Positions 26,726-35,229 of a stretch of DNA of 37,225 nucleotides are shown here, in pieces. Made by a program: the position numbers and the translations under genes. The notes beneath the pieces were generated by a model. That model saw only the letters and a list, made by a program, of their open reading frames with translations, was not told the origin of the DNA and searched no databases. Each line of letters starts with the position of its first letter. Within the stretch, counting starts at the first letter, position 1. This DNA is from a bacterium (GTDB lineage: Bacteria; Hinthialibacterota; Hinthialibacteria; Hinthialibacterales; Hinthialibacteraceae). The stretch lies in NCBI GenBank assembly GCA_041946805.1, contig JBHGBC010000049.1, forward strand, positions 1 through 37,225. The letters are read 5' to 3'.

Positions 26726-29560
26726 CTACTCATCCAACACCCGCCTCACCGTCTGCAGCAGGGTGTGCATTTGAAAGGGTTTTTTCAAAAAGGCTTTGGC
26801 CTTGGCAAGCCCGGGCGAATCCATGGAAAATCCACTGGCGACGATCGCCTTGGCGGAGGGATTGTCCTTCCACAACTCCGCCAGCACTTCCTGCCCCGAC
26901 ACATGCGGCATGGACAGATCCACGATCACCAGCGCGATCCGGCTTTTTTCCTGGAAATACATCCGCAGGCCTTCCAATCCGTCTTCCGCCGTCAATACGT
27001 GGTATCCGTATTCCTCCAGGATGGTTTTCATCAAGTCCCGGATGATTTTTTCGTCGTCGATGACCAGCAGAGTCTCCGTCCCGTCCGGTTTTTCTTCGAT
27101 TCTCCGGGCCTTTTTCGGGATTGCCGCGGGGATCTCCACCCGCAGGTAGCAGTGAACGGCCGTCCCCATTCCCGGCTGGCTTTCACATTCGATCCAGCCC
27201 CGGTGCTGCCGCACGATGCCATAGGCGATCGACAATCCCAGCCCGGTCCCCTTTCCCACTTCCTTGGTCGTGTAGAACGGCTCGAAGATCCGCTTTTGCG
27301 TCTCCGGATCCATGCCCACGCCGTTGTCCCGCACCGTCACCCGCGCGTAATGCGCCGGCGCCCCCGTTTCCCCGGCCGGGCTGGATTGGGGCGGCGGCGC
27401 ATGATCGGCGAGTTCCAGTTGAATCCGGCAATCCTCCGCCTCCCGCTTGGCGTGAAACGCGTCCCGGGCGTTGATGCACAAGTTCAAGAGGGTTTGATGC
27501 AACTGCACGGGATCGCCCACCATATAGACCGGCTCGGCGGGCCGCTGGAATTCGATGGCGATCTTGCGGTCGAAGGTGGAGCGGCAGATATCCACCACCT
27601 CGTCAATCATATCCGCCAGGTCGAACGCCTCCCGCCGCGGTTCCGCCTTGCGGCTGAACAGCATCAAATCCTTCACCAGGTCGGCGGACCGGCGGCTGGC
27701 GGTCATGGCCGAGTTCAGCCACGGCCGCAGGGTGTCATCCGCGTGGAGCAGCGCCAAATCCAGATTCCCGATGATTCCCATCAACAGGTTGTTGAAATTA
27801 TGGGCGATTCCCGCCGTCAGTTCTCCGATCGCGTGCATCTTCTGCGATTGCCGCAACTGCTCTTCCAGTTTCGCCTTGATTTCCTCCGCCCGCTTCCGTT
27901 CCGTGATGTCCCGGCCGATCACCAGCAGCGTGGGCTGGCCGTTTAAGTCGATCAAATGCGTGACATACTCCACCGGAATCGGTTTCCCGGACCGCGTGGG
28001 AAACCACGCTTCCACTTGACGCCCTTTCTCCTGCACAACGCGTCTCAGGCCGTCACCGCCGGGTTCCTTCTCCCGCTCCGGCGACAGCAAGACGTGGGGC
28101 GAAAGCGCAATGAACTCGTCCTTGGTGTAGCCCAGGATCCGGCAGGCCGGTTCATTGACTTCCACAAACCGGTTCATCTCCCCCTCCGGCGTGACCGCGA
28201 TGGCGAAAACCATGTCATCGCCGCTGTTAAAGAGAATCCGGAACCGTTCCTCACTCTCGCGCAAGGCTTCCTCCGTGCGCTTGCGCTCCGTAATGTCCTG
28301 GATGATCCCGATGGATTCGGTGGAAACCTGGCTGCCCTCATCCACCAGTTCGATGGCGGCGTCGGCGATCCACCGGTATTCCCCCCTCTTGGTCTGAATC
28401 TTCGCATCGCATTTCCACCGCTTGAATTCCCCCTGCCGGAAACGGCGGATGGCTTCCTGGGGCGGCAAGTGCGCTCCCTCGCCCCGCAATATCAACTGCC
28501 GGACCATCGATTGCCACAACTGGGGCGTCATCTCGTCCGGCGGGTAGCCCGTAATTTCCAGGATCTTCTCGCCCATGAAGGTATACTGATTCGTCAAATA
28601 GTCATGCTGATAAAAAACCGCCTCCGCCTGGGCGATCGCGTTGCGGTATAACTCTTCCCTCTCCTTGAAAATTCCATGGCTTTTCTGGATCTCCGTGCGG
28701 GCGGCGGCCATTAAATAGGATATCCCGGCAAACGTTCCCAGATATGCCAACATCATCCAGGCGGCTTCCAGATCCTGATCCGCCGGCGCCGCCAGCGGAC
28801 CCCAGCCCCGCGCCGTGCCCCAAGCCGCGATTCCCGTACATAGCACCACCACGCCCGCGGCTCCCCGCCGGCCATACCACCATCCCGCCCCCACTCCCCA
28901 GGGAAACACCAGGAACAAAACAATCCCCAGCACGGCGGAGGACTGAAACCACGGCCCGAATATCAATACACCATGGATCCCCAGGCCGGCGGCCAGAATC
29001 CCCGCCACGGTCCAATCCCGCGCCGAGGGCGCAAACCGGCAACGTTCCCCCCAGATCAGCAAGGCGGGACCCGCGGTCAAAGTGCCCAGCGCGGCGGCGG
29101 CCCACCAACCCATGATCTCATACGTCAGACCGGCGGCGGCCAAGCCGTCCGGCATAAGAAAACCGGCCGCCGGCAGCGCTCCCGCCAGGGGAGCGGCCGC
29201 CGCCACGGCCAGAAACCACATCACATCCCGCACCCGGTCGAATGAAGGCTGAAATCCTTCGGACCGCCGCAAGACGTAAGCCCCCGCCACGGCCTGCAGT
29301 GTGCCGCCGATCATATATCCGATTGCTTGAACGGGGGGATATCCCGCAAGGAGGGCAAGCGCCAGCGTGACCGCCGCCAACGCCCACCAAATGGAGTAAC
29401 CGAGCAAAAACACCGCGTCCACAGCGATCCCCGCGTGGAACCACAACAGGAGGGCGCCCTCACCGGTCCTCGCCACGGCCAAGCTGAGGAGGAAGGAGAG
29501 AATATAAATCCCTAGTATGCCCAACCTCTTCGCGGCTATGTTGGAATAATCAAGGTGCAT
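26726..29560 (-). CDS. hybrid sensor histidine kinase (MASE1-like membrane domain, 2 PAS, HisKA, HATPase, REC)
   Basis: Multi-TM N-terminus; PAS/PAC ends DITERK twice; H-box AGIAHNFNNLL; N-box LNLCINARDA; G-boxes DNGVGM, FEPFYTTK, GTGLGL; receiver VIDDE...VDLSMP...KP. Start is ATG 29560 or 29602. Confidence 0.93.
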   Translation of the reverse strand: MHLDYSNIAAKRLGILGIYILSFLLSLAVARTGEGALLLWFHAGIAVDAVFLLGYSIWWALAAVTLALALLAGYPPVQAIGYMIGGTLQAVAGAYVLRRSEGFQPSFDRVRDVMWFLAVAAAAPLAGALPAAGFLMPDGLAAAGLTYEIMGWWAAAALGTLTAGPALLIWGERCRFAPSARDWTVAGILAAGLGIHGVLIFGPWFQSSAVLGIVLFLVFPWGVGAGWWYGRRGAAGVVVLCTGIAAWGTARGWGPLAAPADQDLEAAWMMLAYLGTFAGISYLMAAARTEIQKSHGIFKEREELYRNAIAQAEAVFYQHDYLTNQYTFMGEKILEITGYPPDEMTPQLWQSMVRQLILRGEGAHLPPQEAIRRFRQGEFKRWKCDAKIQTKRGEYRWIADAAIELVDEGSQVSTESIGIIQDITERKRTEEALRESEERFRILFNSGDDMVFAIAVTPEGEMNRFVEVNEPACRILGYTKDEFIALSPHVLLSPEREKEPGGDGLRRVVQEKGRQVEAWFPTRSGKPIPVEYVTHLIDLNGQPTLLVIGRDITERKRAEEIKAKLEEQLRQSQKMHAIGELTAGIAHNFNNLLMGIIGNLDLALLHADDTLRPWLNSAMTASRRSADLVKDLMLFSRKAEPRREAFDLADMIDEVVDICRSTFDRKIAIEFQRPAEPVYMVGDPVQLHQTLLNLCINARDAFHAKREAEDCRIQLELADHAPPPQSSPAGETGAPAHYARVTVRDNGVGMDPETQKRIFEPFYTTKEVGKGTGLGLSIAYGIVRQHRGWIECESQPGMGTAVHCYLRVEIPAAIPKKARRIEEKPDGTETLLVIDDEKIIRDLMKTILEEYGYHVLTAEDGLEGLRMYFQEKSRIALVIVDLSMPHVSGQEVLAELWKDNPSAKAIVASGFSMDSPGLAKAKAFLKKPFQMHTLLQTVRRVLDE

Positions 29561-29953
29561 GAAATCATTTCTACACGAGTGAATAGGGCCCAGCGCAGCC
29601 ATCCAAACCCATGGCGCCGTTTCTTATGAATACAAATGTTATATTAATTATACCTGATTTCCCGTTTCTATATCATGAAATATTCGCTCGCTTTGAAAAA
29701 ATCCGGAATCCAAAAGTCAGGAAGTGCCGCTCATCGCGAAACCCCGCCCACTGATTCCTCCCCATACGTTGGGGGTCTGTCAGGTGGGGATTGTATAAAT
29801 TGCAGGGCGGGCTCCAAGCACAGCATAGCCCGCCCACGGGATCCTCCCCCCAACGGCCCTCAATCCTAGACAGGGTTTTATTTTCGGCCGGGAAACCCCT
29901 ATACTTCTGTCATTCTTGGAATCAATCCATTCTTTCGGATCGGGAGACTCGCC

Positions 29954-32026
29954 GTGGCATTGGAATCCAACCGGCTCGGGATTGTGCATCCGGTTCTCTT
30001 TCCGGGACCGGGAAACACTCACTCGGTCATGCGCGGCGAAGGCCGGCGCGCGTATGTTCTGAAAACCCTGCAGTGGATCGTGGACCACCCGGATTTCACG
30101 TCGATTGAAATCACCCGGATCAAGTCCAAATCCATCCGCGACGCAGCGCGGGATCTGCTGCGCCAGGCTCGGGAGGCGGAGAAAATCCAGGAAGTGGTCT
30201 TCTCCGCCCAGATGGTCCAACTGATCAATGAGGACCAGCTCGTCCCGGCCTCCGATATATGTTCCCTGGACGAGAATGAGCGGATCAAGGCCGTGGACCG
30301 CCTCAAGGAATGCGTGGACGAGGCGCTGGAGTATCCCTGCGATCAATTCGCCCTCTACAGCGGCCAGCATCCCGCCGGCATCCTGGGACTCACCGGCCCG
30401 GAAGCGGATGCGTTGACCGATGAAGCGCTCTCTCAACTGCGCCGTTCCATCCATGAGATTTGCGCGTATATCCAGGAGAAATCCAACCCGGAACAGCCCA
30501 TGCGGCCCGTCCTGGAAGTGTTCGACGCCCGCGCCAACCGGCCCGGAACGCGGTTCTTCAAACAAGCTTTGATCGGCCCCGCCCAACGGGCCGAACGCCT
30601 GGCGGAAGCCATCCGCTGCGAATACGGCCATCCCGAATTCGGGCTGATGATCGATACCAGCCACCTGCTCATCAACGGCGAAGGACCGGATGTTTTGAAA
30701 AGCCTAGCTGCCTATCTCGCCCATGTCCACATCGCCAACGCGGTGCTGAACCGCAACGCGCCCGGGGGGGATGACCGCTACGGAGACGCGCATCCCGCGT
30801 TTCACGTGCCTGACAGCGAGCTGACTCCGGATGTCCTCGCGGGATATATCAAAGCCCTGGTGGAAAACGCGTACGCCGGGACCGTCGCGTTTGAAATCAA
30901 GCCGGTGGGCAGCGAAATCCCGGAGGACCTGGCCCTCTCCGCCCTGAACGTTTATCAAACATGCCGCAACCGGCTCGATGTCAATTACGCCCTGGTCCGC
31001 AACTTCAAGTTCCAGGCCCGGAAGTTCTTCTCGGAAGAGTTATGGGACCGGCTGGCCGAATTGCGTGTCCGCAATCCGCAGATCATCCGCGAGAGGATGA
31101 TCAACCGGAAGCAACGTCCCACGGTCGCGCCCAACGGCACATTGGTCATTTTGGCCGCCGACCACCCCGCACGGATGGTCACCGGCGTAGGGGAAAATGC
31201 CGTGACCATGGGTGACCGCTTCGAATACCTCGGCCGTTGCGCCCGGGTGATGCTGGCCTCGTCCGTGGATGGCATCATGGGGACCGCCGATGTCATCGAG
31301 GATCTGATCCTGATCGATCATCTCTACCAGGAAAAAACCGGAACCAGTTTTTTGGATGGCCGCGTCCTCATCGCCTGCATGAACCGCGGCGGCCTGGCGG
31401 GCGCGCGCTATGAAATGTGGGACCGCCTCACCGCCTACCGGGACGTTAAAAAAATCAAGGAACTGCACATGGACGGCGCCAAACTGCTGCTCCGCCTGGC
31501 CGTCCCCGATCCCTACGACCGTTATTGCATCCAGACCATGGAGGAATGCGCGCGGGGCATCGAGGCGTGCAATGATACCGGCCTGCCCGCGTTTCTCGAG
31601 CCGCTGCCCGTCGCCCAGATAGACGGCCAATACCGCGTGATCCACAAGGCGGATGATTTGATCCGCGTCATCGGGGTGGCCGCCGGCCTGTCTCATTCAT
31701 CCGCCCATCTTTGGCTCAAAATCCCCTATGTCGAGGAATACCACCGCGTGGCCCAGGCCTTCTCCGGCCCCATCCTGATGCTGGGCGGCGAGGCGCATGG
31801 CAATCCCGTGGCGGTCATCGAGCAGTTCGTCCGCGGGCTGGGCGAGGGCGAAAACGTGCGCGGGGCCATGATCGGCCGCAACGTGCTCTACCCGGGCGAT
31901 GACGATCCCGCCGCCATTGCCGCGGCCGTCTGCGCCGTGGTCAATCAGGGCGCGTCCGCCCGCGAGGCGGTGTGCGTCGCCGCCGAGACCCGGGGAACCC
32001 GGATGGACAGCCTTACCGGCTTTTAA
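29954..32026 (+). CDS. fusion protein: sugar isomerase/epimerase-like TIM barrel plus Cgl0159-like class I aldolase-type barrel
   Basis: N-half has metal-site motifs LEVFD, MIDTSH, HVHIAN, YGDAHP, FEIKP. C-half has LAADHPAR, VDGIMGTADVIEDL, MNRGGLAGA, GAKLLLR, FLEP, WLKIP, LMLGG, IGRNVLYP. GGGAG Shine-Dalgarno before GTG. Confidence 0.8.
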   Translation: MALESNRLGIVHPVLFPGPGNTHSVMRGEGRRAYVLKTLQWIVDHPDFTSIEITRIKSKSIRDAARDLLRQAREAEKIQEVVFSAQMVQLINEDQLVPASDICSLDENERIKAVDRLKECVDEALEYPCDQFALYSGQHPAGILGLTGPEADALTDEALSQLRRSIHEICAYIQEKSNPEQPMRPVLEVFDARANRPGTRFFKQALIGPAQRAERLAEAIRCEYGHPEFGLMIDTSHLLINGEGPDVLKSLAAYLAHVHIANAVLNRNAPGGDDRYGDAHPAFHVPDSELTPDVLAGYIKALVENAYAGTVAFEIKPVGSEIPEDLALSALNVYQTCRNRLDVNYALVRNFKFQARKFFSEELWDRLAELRVRNPQIIRERMINRKQRPTVAPNGTLVILAADHPARMVTGVGENAVTMGDRFEYLGRCARVMLASSVDGIMGTADVIEDLILIDHLYQEKTGTSFLDGRVLIACMNRGGLAGARYEMWDRLTAYRDVKKIKELHMDGAKLLLRLAVPDPYDRYCIQTMEECARGIEACNDTGLPAFLEPLPVAQIDGQYRVIHKADDLIRVIGVAAGLSHSSAHLWLKIPYVEEYHRVAQAFSGPILMLGGEAHGNPVAVIEQFVRGLGEGENVRGAMIGRNVLYPGDDDPAAIAAAVCAVVNQGASAREAVCVAAETRGTRMDSLTGF

Positions 32027-32053
32027 TTGATTTCAGAACTTCACAAAGTGGAT

Positions 32054-33778
32054 ATGACACGATCGGCGCTGCTGTCTCATATCTTTCCCCGGTTGCATAA
32101 GGCGGACCGGCCCCCGGCTCTGGTGAACGCGGTGGGCTATCTGCTCTTCTCCGCCATGCGGTTCGATCCCGCCAATCCCTGTTGGCCGGGCGGCGATGTC
32201 TTGATCTACTCCGAACGCTATACCGACGCCGTTCGTGACGCGTATCTCGCCGCGGGCTGCGCGCCGGATTCCATCCCCCCAGCGGGAATGGCGCGGGTGG
32301 ATGAACGCTTGCGCGGTTGGGCGTATCCACGAAGACTCTATGCGCTACTTGACGCGTCCGGCGCCGGCTTCACCGCCCGGCTCCGGAAGCAGGTTGATCA
32401 TCGGATCACGGTGTTATGCTCCGAACCGCCGGTGGATGCCCATGAATGGGCGGTTGTATCCACGCCGGACTTGCGTATTGAGCAACTGGATACCCTTCTC
32501 GGCCGTGACCGGATATCCCACGATAAACCGCTATGGCTCGTGGCCCCCATTGCCGGGACGCGCCTGTTCGAACCGCAACCTGCTTCGCTTCCCCCCGTGG
32601 CGCAACGCATGGCCGTGCTGGGAACCGAGACCGCCTTCGACGTGCTCGCCCAGGTCCAGCGGCTGCGCGCCGAGGGCCGGGACATCATTTCCTTCGGCCT
32701 GGGTGAACCCGATTTCGACACTCCGGAGCACATCAAAACCGCCGCCAAACGAGCCCTGGACGAGAATCAGACCCACTACGGCCCCAGCGCGGGACTGCCC
32801 GAACTGCGCGAAGCCATCGCCCAGTACATCCAGCGCACCCGGCGGATGAGCTGCGATCCGGACGAAATCGTCGTCACGCCCGGCGCGAAGCCCATTCTCT
32901 TCGACACCATGATGACCCTCCTCAATCCGGGCGATGAGGCGCTCTATCCCAATCCGGGCTATCCCATCTACGAATCGATGATCGACTGGGTGGGGGGCGT
33001 TTCGGTTCCCTTGCCCCTGCGCGAGGAGAAGAACTGGAACTTTTCGATCGACGACCTGGTCCACCGGATCACGCCCCGGACCAAGCTGATCATCCTCAAC
33101 ACCCCCGGCAATCCCACGGGGACGCTGCTGGGCAAGAGCGAACTGCGGGAAATCGCCCGCCTGGCACAAGAACATAATCTGTGGATTCTAGCCGATGAAG
33201 TTTATAGCCAAATCGTCTTCAACGGGGAATTCGTCTCGATCGCCAGCCTGCCGGGGATGAAGGAACGCGTCATCATCGTGGATGGATTCTCCAAGACCTA
33301 TGCCATGACCGGCTGGCGCTTGGGCTACGGCGTCATGAACAAGACCCTGGCCCATCACGTGGCCAAGATCGAAACCAACATCGACAGCTGCGCCTGCACC
33401 TTCACGCAGATCGCCGCCCTTCACGCCCTGCGCGGCCCCCAGGATGAATCCCGCCGCATGGTCGAAGAGTTCCAAGCGCGTTCGCGGGTGATCGTCGAGG
33501 GTTTGAACCAGATCGAAGGCGTGCGCTGCCTCCCCGCCCAGGGCGCGTTTTACGTGTTTGCCAACGTCACCGGGGCATGCCGGCGGCTGGGCCTGGCCAC
33601 CGCCAACGATCTGCAGCGGGCTTTGCTCGAGCAGGCGGGTGTGGCCGTGCTGCCCCGCACCTGTTTCGGGCGCAAGAACGAAGGCGAGGACCAGGAATAC
33701 ATCCGCCTCTCCTTCGCCACCTCGCTGGAGAACATCCGCGAAGGCCTCCGCCGTATGAAGCAATTTATCGAGCGGTAA
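32054..33778 (+). CDS. PLP-dependent class I (aspartate-type) aminotransferase with a degenerate transketolase-like N-terminal domain
   Basis: C-terminal ~390 aa: GEPDFDTP, THYGPSAGLPELREAIA, TPGAK, NTPGNPTG, ADEVYS, GFSKTYAMTGWRLG (PLP lysine), GAFY, IRLSFA. About 180 extra in-frame residues precede it. Start is ATG 32054 or TTG 32027. Confidence 0.88.
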   Translation: MTRSALLSHIFPRLHKADRPPALVNAVGYLLFSAMRFDPANPCWPGGDVLIYSERYTDAVRDAYLAAGCAPDSIPPAGMARVDERLRGWAYPRRLYALLDASGAGFTARLRKQVDHRITVLCSEPPVDAHEWAVVSTPDLRIEQLDTLLGRDRISHDKPLWLVAPIAGTRLFEPQPASLPPVAQRMAVLGTETAFDVLAQVQRLRAEGRDIISFGLGEPDFDTPEHIKTAAKRALDENQTHYGPSAGLPELREAIAQYIQRTRRMSCDPDEIVVTPGAKPILFDTMMTLLNPGDEALYPNPGYPIYESMIDWVGGVSVPLPLREEKNWNFSIDDLVHRITPRTKLIILNTPGNPTGTLLGKSELREIARLAQEHNLWILADEVYSQIVFNGEFVSIASLPGMKERVIIVDGFSKTYAMTGWRLGYGVMNKTLAHHVAKIETNIDSCACTFTQIAALHALRGPQDESRRMVEEFQARSRVIVEGLNQIEGVRCLPAQGAFYVFANVTGACRRLGLATANDLQRALLEQAGVAVLPRTCFGRKNEGEDQEYIRLSFATSLENIREGLRRMKQFIER

Positions 33779-33829
33779 CTATGGGGATACAATTCAGGGG
33801 TGAATAAAAATACCAATTCGGTGTCCATC

Positions 33830-34166
33830 ATGGAAATTGGCATGGAGGAATTAATACAGGAAATGGCCCGCGTCATTGTCCAAACAGTGAATCCTCGCCG
33901 GATTATCCTGTTTGGATCACAGGTTCGGGGAACCGCGCGGCCTGCATCGGATGTGGATTTCCTGATTGTTAAAGATAAACCCATCGTATCCGGAAAAAAC
34001 CGTCGCGATGAAATGACTCAAATTTGGCTATCATTGGCTCCTTACCCGGTTGAGCAAGACATTCTTCTCTGTTCACAAGGATGAGATAGAGCGATGGGGC
34101 CAATCGAAAAATCACGCCATTGCGCGCGCTCTGAAGGAAGGGAGAGTTCTTTATGAACGACCTTGA
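33830..34166 (+). pseudogene. frameshifted minimal nucleotidyltransferase (MNT antitoxin)
   Basis: IILFGSQVRG...SDVDFLIV motif. The frame stops at 34084, but the +1 frame from 34080 reads DEIERWGQSKNHAIARALKEGRVLYERP*, the typical MNT C-terminus. Confidence 0.8.
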
Positions 34167-34188
34167 TGATGTCGATCCGGTCCGATTC

Positions 34189-34257
34189 GTGGGGCGGACA
34201 CCAAGGTCCGTCCCTGCAATACTCCCTCACCCTAGCCCTCTCCCAAAGGGAGAGGGG
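34189..34257. repeat. two REP-like palindromes
   Basis: gtggggcggacaccaaggtccgtccctgc (34189-34217) and ccctcaccctagccctctcccaaagggagagggg (34224-34257). Confidence 0.75.
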
Positions 34258-34310
34258 ATTGATCACTTTGTTCACTACCGTCCCCAGACGTTCCATTAGG
34301 CTTATTTCAT

Positions 34311-35228
34311 ATGACCACCTCCATCCGCCTTACCATACCCGCCTCCTCCGGCAATTTGGGGCCCGGTTTCGATACATTGGGCATCGCGGTCAACTTGTAC
34401 AATTCGTTTGAATTATCGCTGAAGAATTCAGACACGTCCTTAGACCGCGCGGAGGGCATCGATCCCTCCCTGCACGAGCTATGTCTGGAAATGGCGAAGG
34501 TGGCCGCGCGCTATTTCTTCGAGCAAAGTGAGACCGCGGCAAGCCATTTCTCTTTGCGGATTTTCAACCGGATCCCCATCGCCCGGGGTTTGGCCAGCAG
34601 CGCCACGTTCCGCCTGGCGGTTTTGGAAGGCCTCAACCAGCTGACCGGTGCGCGGAATCCCGCCCGGGACATCGTGAAATGGGCATCGGAACTGGAAGGC
34701 TGCACCGACAACGCCGCGGCCTGCTATTACGGGGGAATGACCGCCTCCGGAATTATCCAGGACCGCCTGGTGCATTACCGCTGCGAGATTCCCGAGACTG
34801 TCGATTTCGTCGCGGTATCTCCCGATTCCGCCGTCGAAACCGACAAGGCCCGAGGGATTTTTGCTTCGGAGCTGGCGCGGAAGGATGCCATCTTCACCCT
34901 CAACCATGGCATCCTGCTGGCGATGGCGTTTTCTCAAGGCGATTTCGAAGGCATGCGGGGGCTCTTCGAGGACAAAATCCACCAGCCGCAGCGGCAGGCT
35001 CATATCCCCGCCCTCCAGCCCCTCTTCGACGTCATCCGGGCGGCGGAAGCGGCCGGCGCGGCCGGGGCCTACCTGAGCGGATCCGGCTCGACCATCATGG
35101 CTATCACGCTGCGGAACAAGGATGCGGTGGCCCTCGCCATGACCGCGGCGTTGGCCAAGCATGACATGAAGGCTGAAATCCGCTATCTCAAGGCGGACAA
35201 CCGCGGGCTCTGGTGGGAATGGGTGTGA
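34311..35228 (+). CDS. thrB: homoserine kinase
   Basis: IPASSGNLGPGFDTLG, IPIARGLASSA (GHMP motif), EG..DNAA, EDKIHQPQR, LSGSGST. Confidence 0.92.
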   Translation: MTTSIRLTIPASSGNLGPGFDTLGIAVNLYNSFELSLKNSDTSLDRAEGIDPSLHELCLEMAKVAARYFFEQSETAASHFSLRIFNRIPIARGLASSATFRLAVLEGLNQLTGARNPARDIVKWASELEGCTDNAAACYYGGMTASGIIQDRLVHYRCEIPETVDFVAVSPDSAVETDKARGIFASELARKDAIFTLNHGILLAMAFSQGDFEGMRGLFEDKIHQPQRQAHIPALQPLFDVIRAAEAAGAAGAYLSGSGSTIMAITLRNKDAVALAMTAALAKHDMKAEIRYLKADNRGLWWEWV

Positions 35229-35229
35229 T

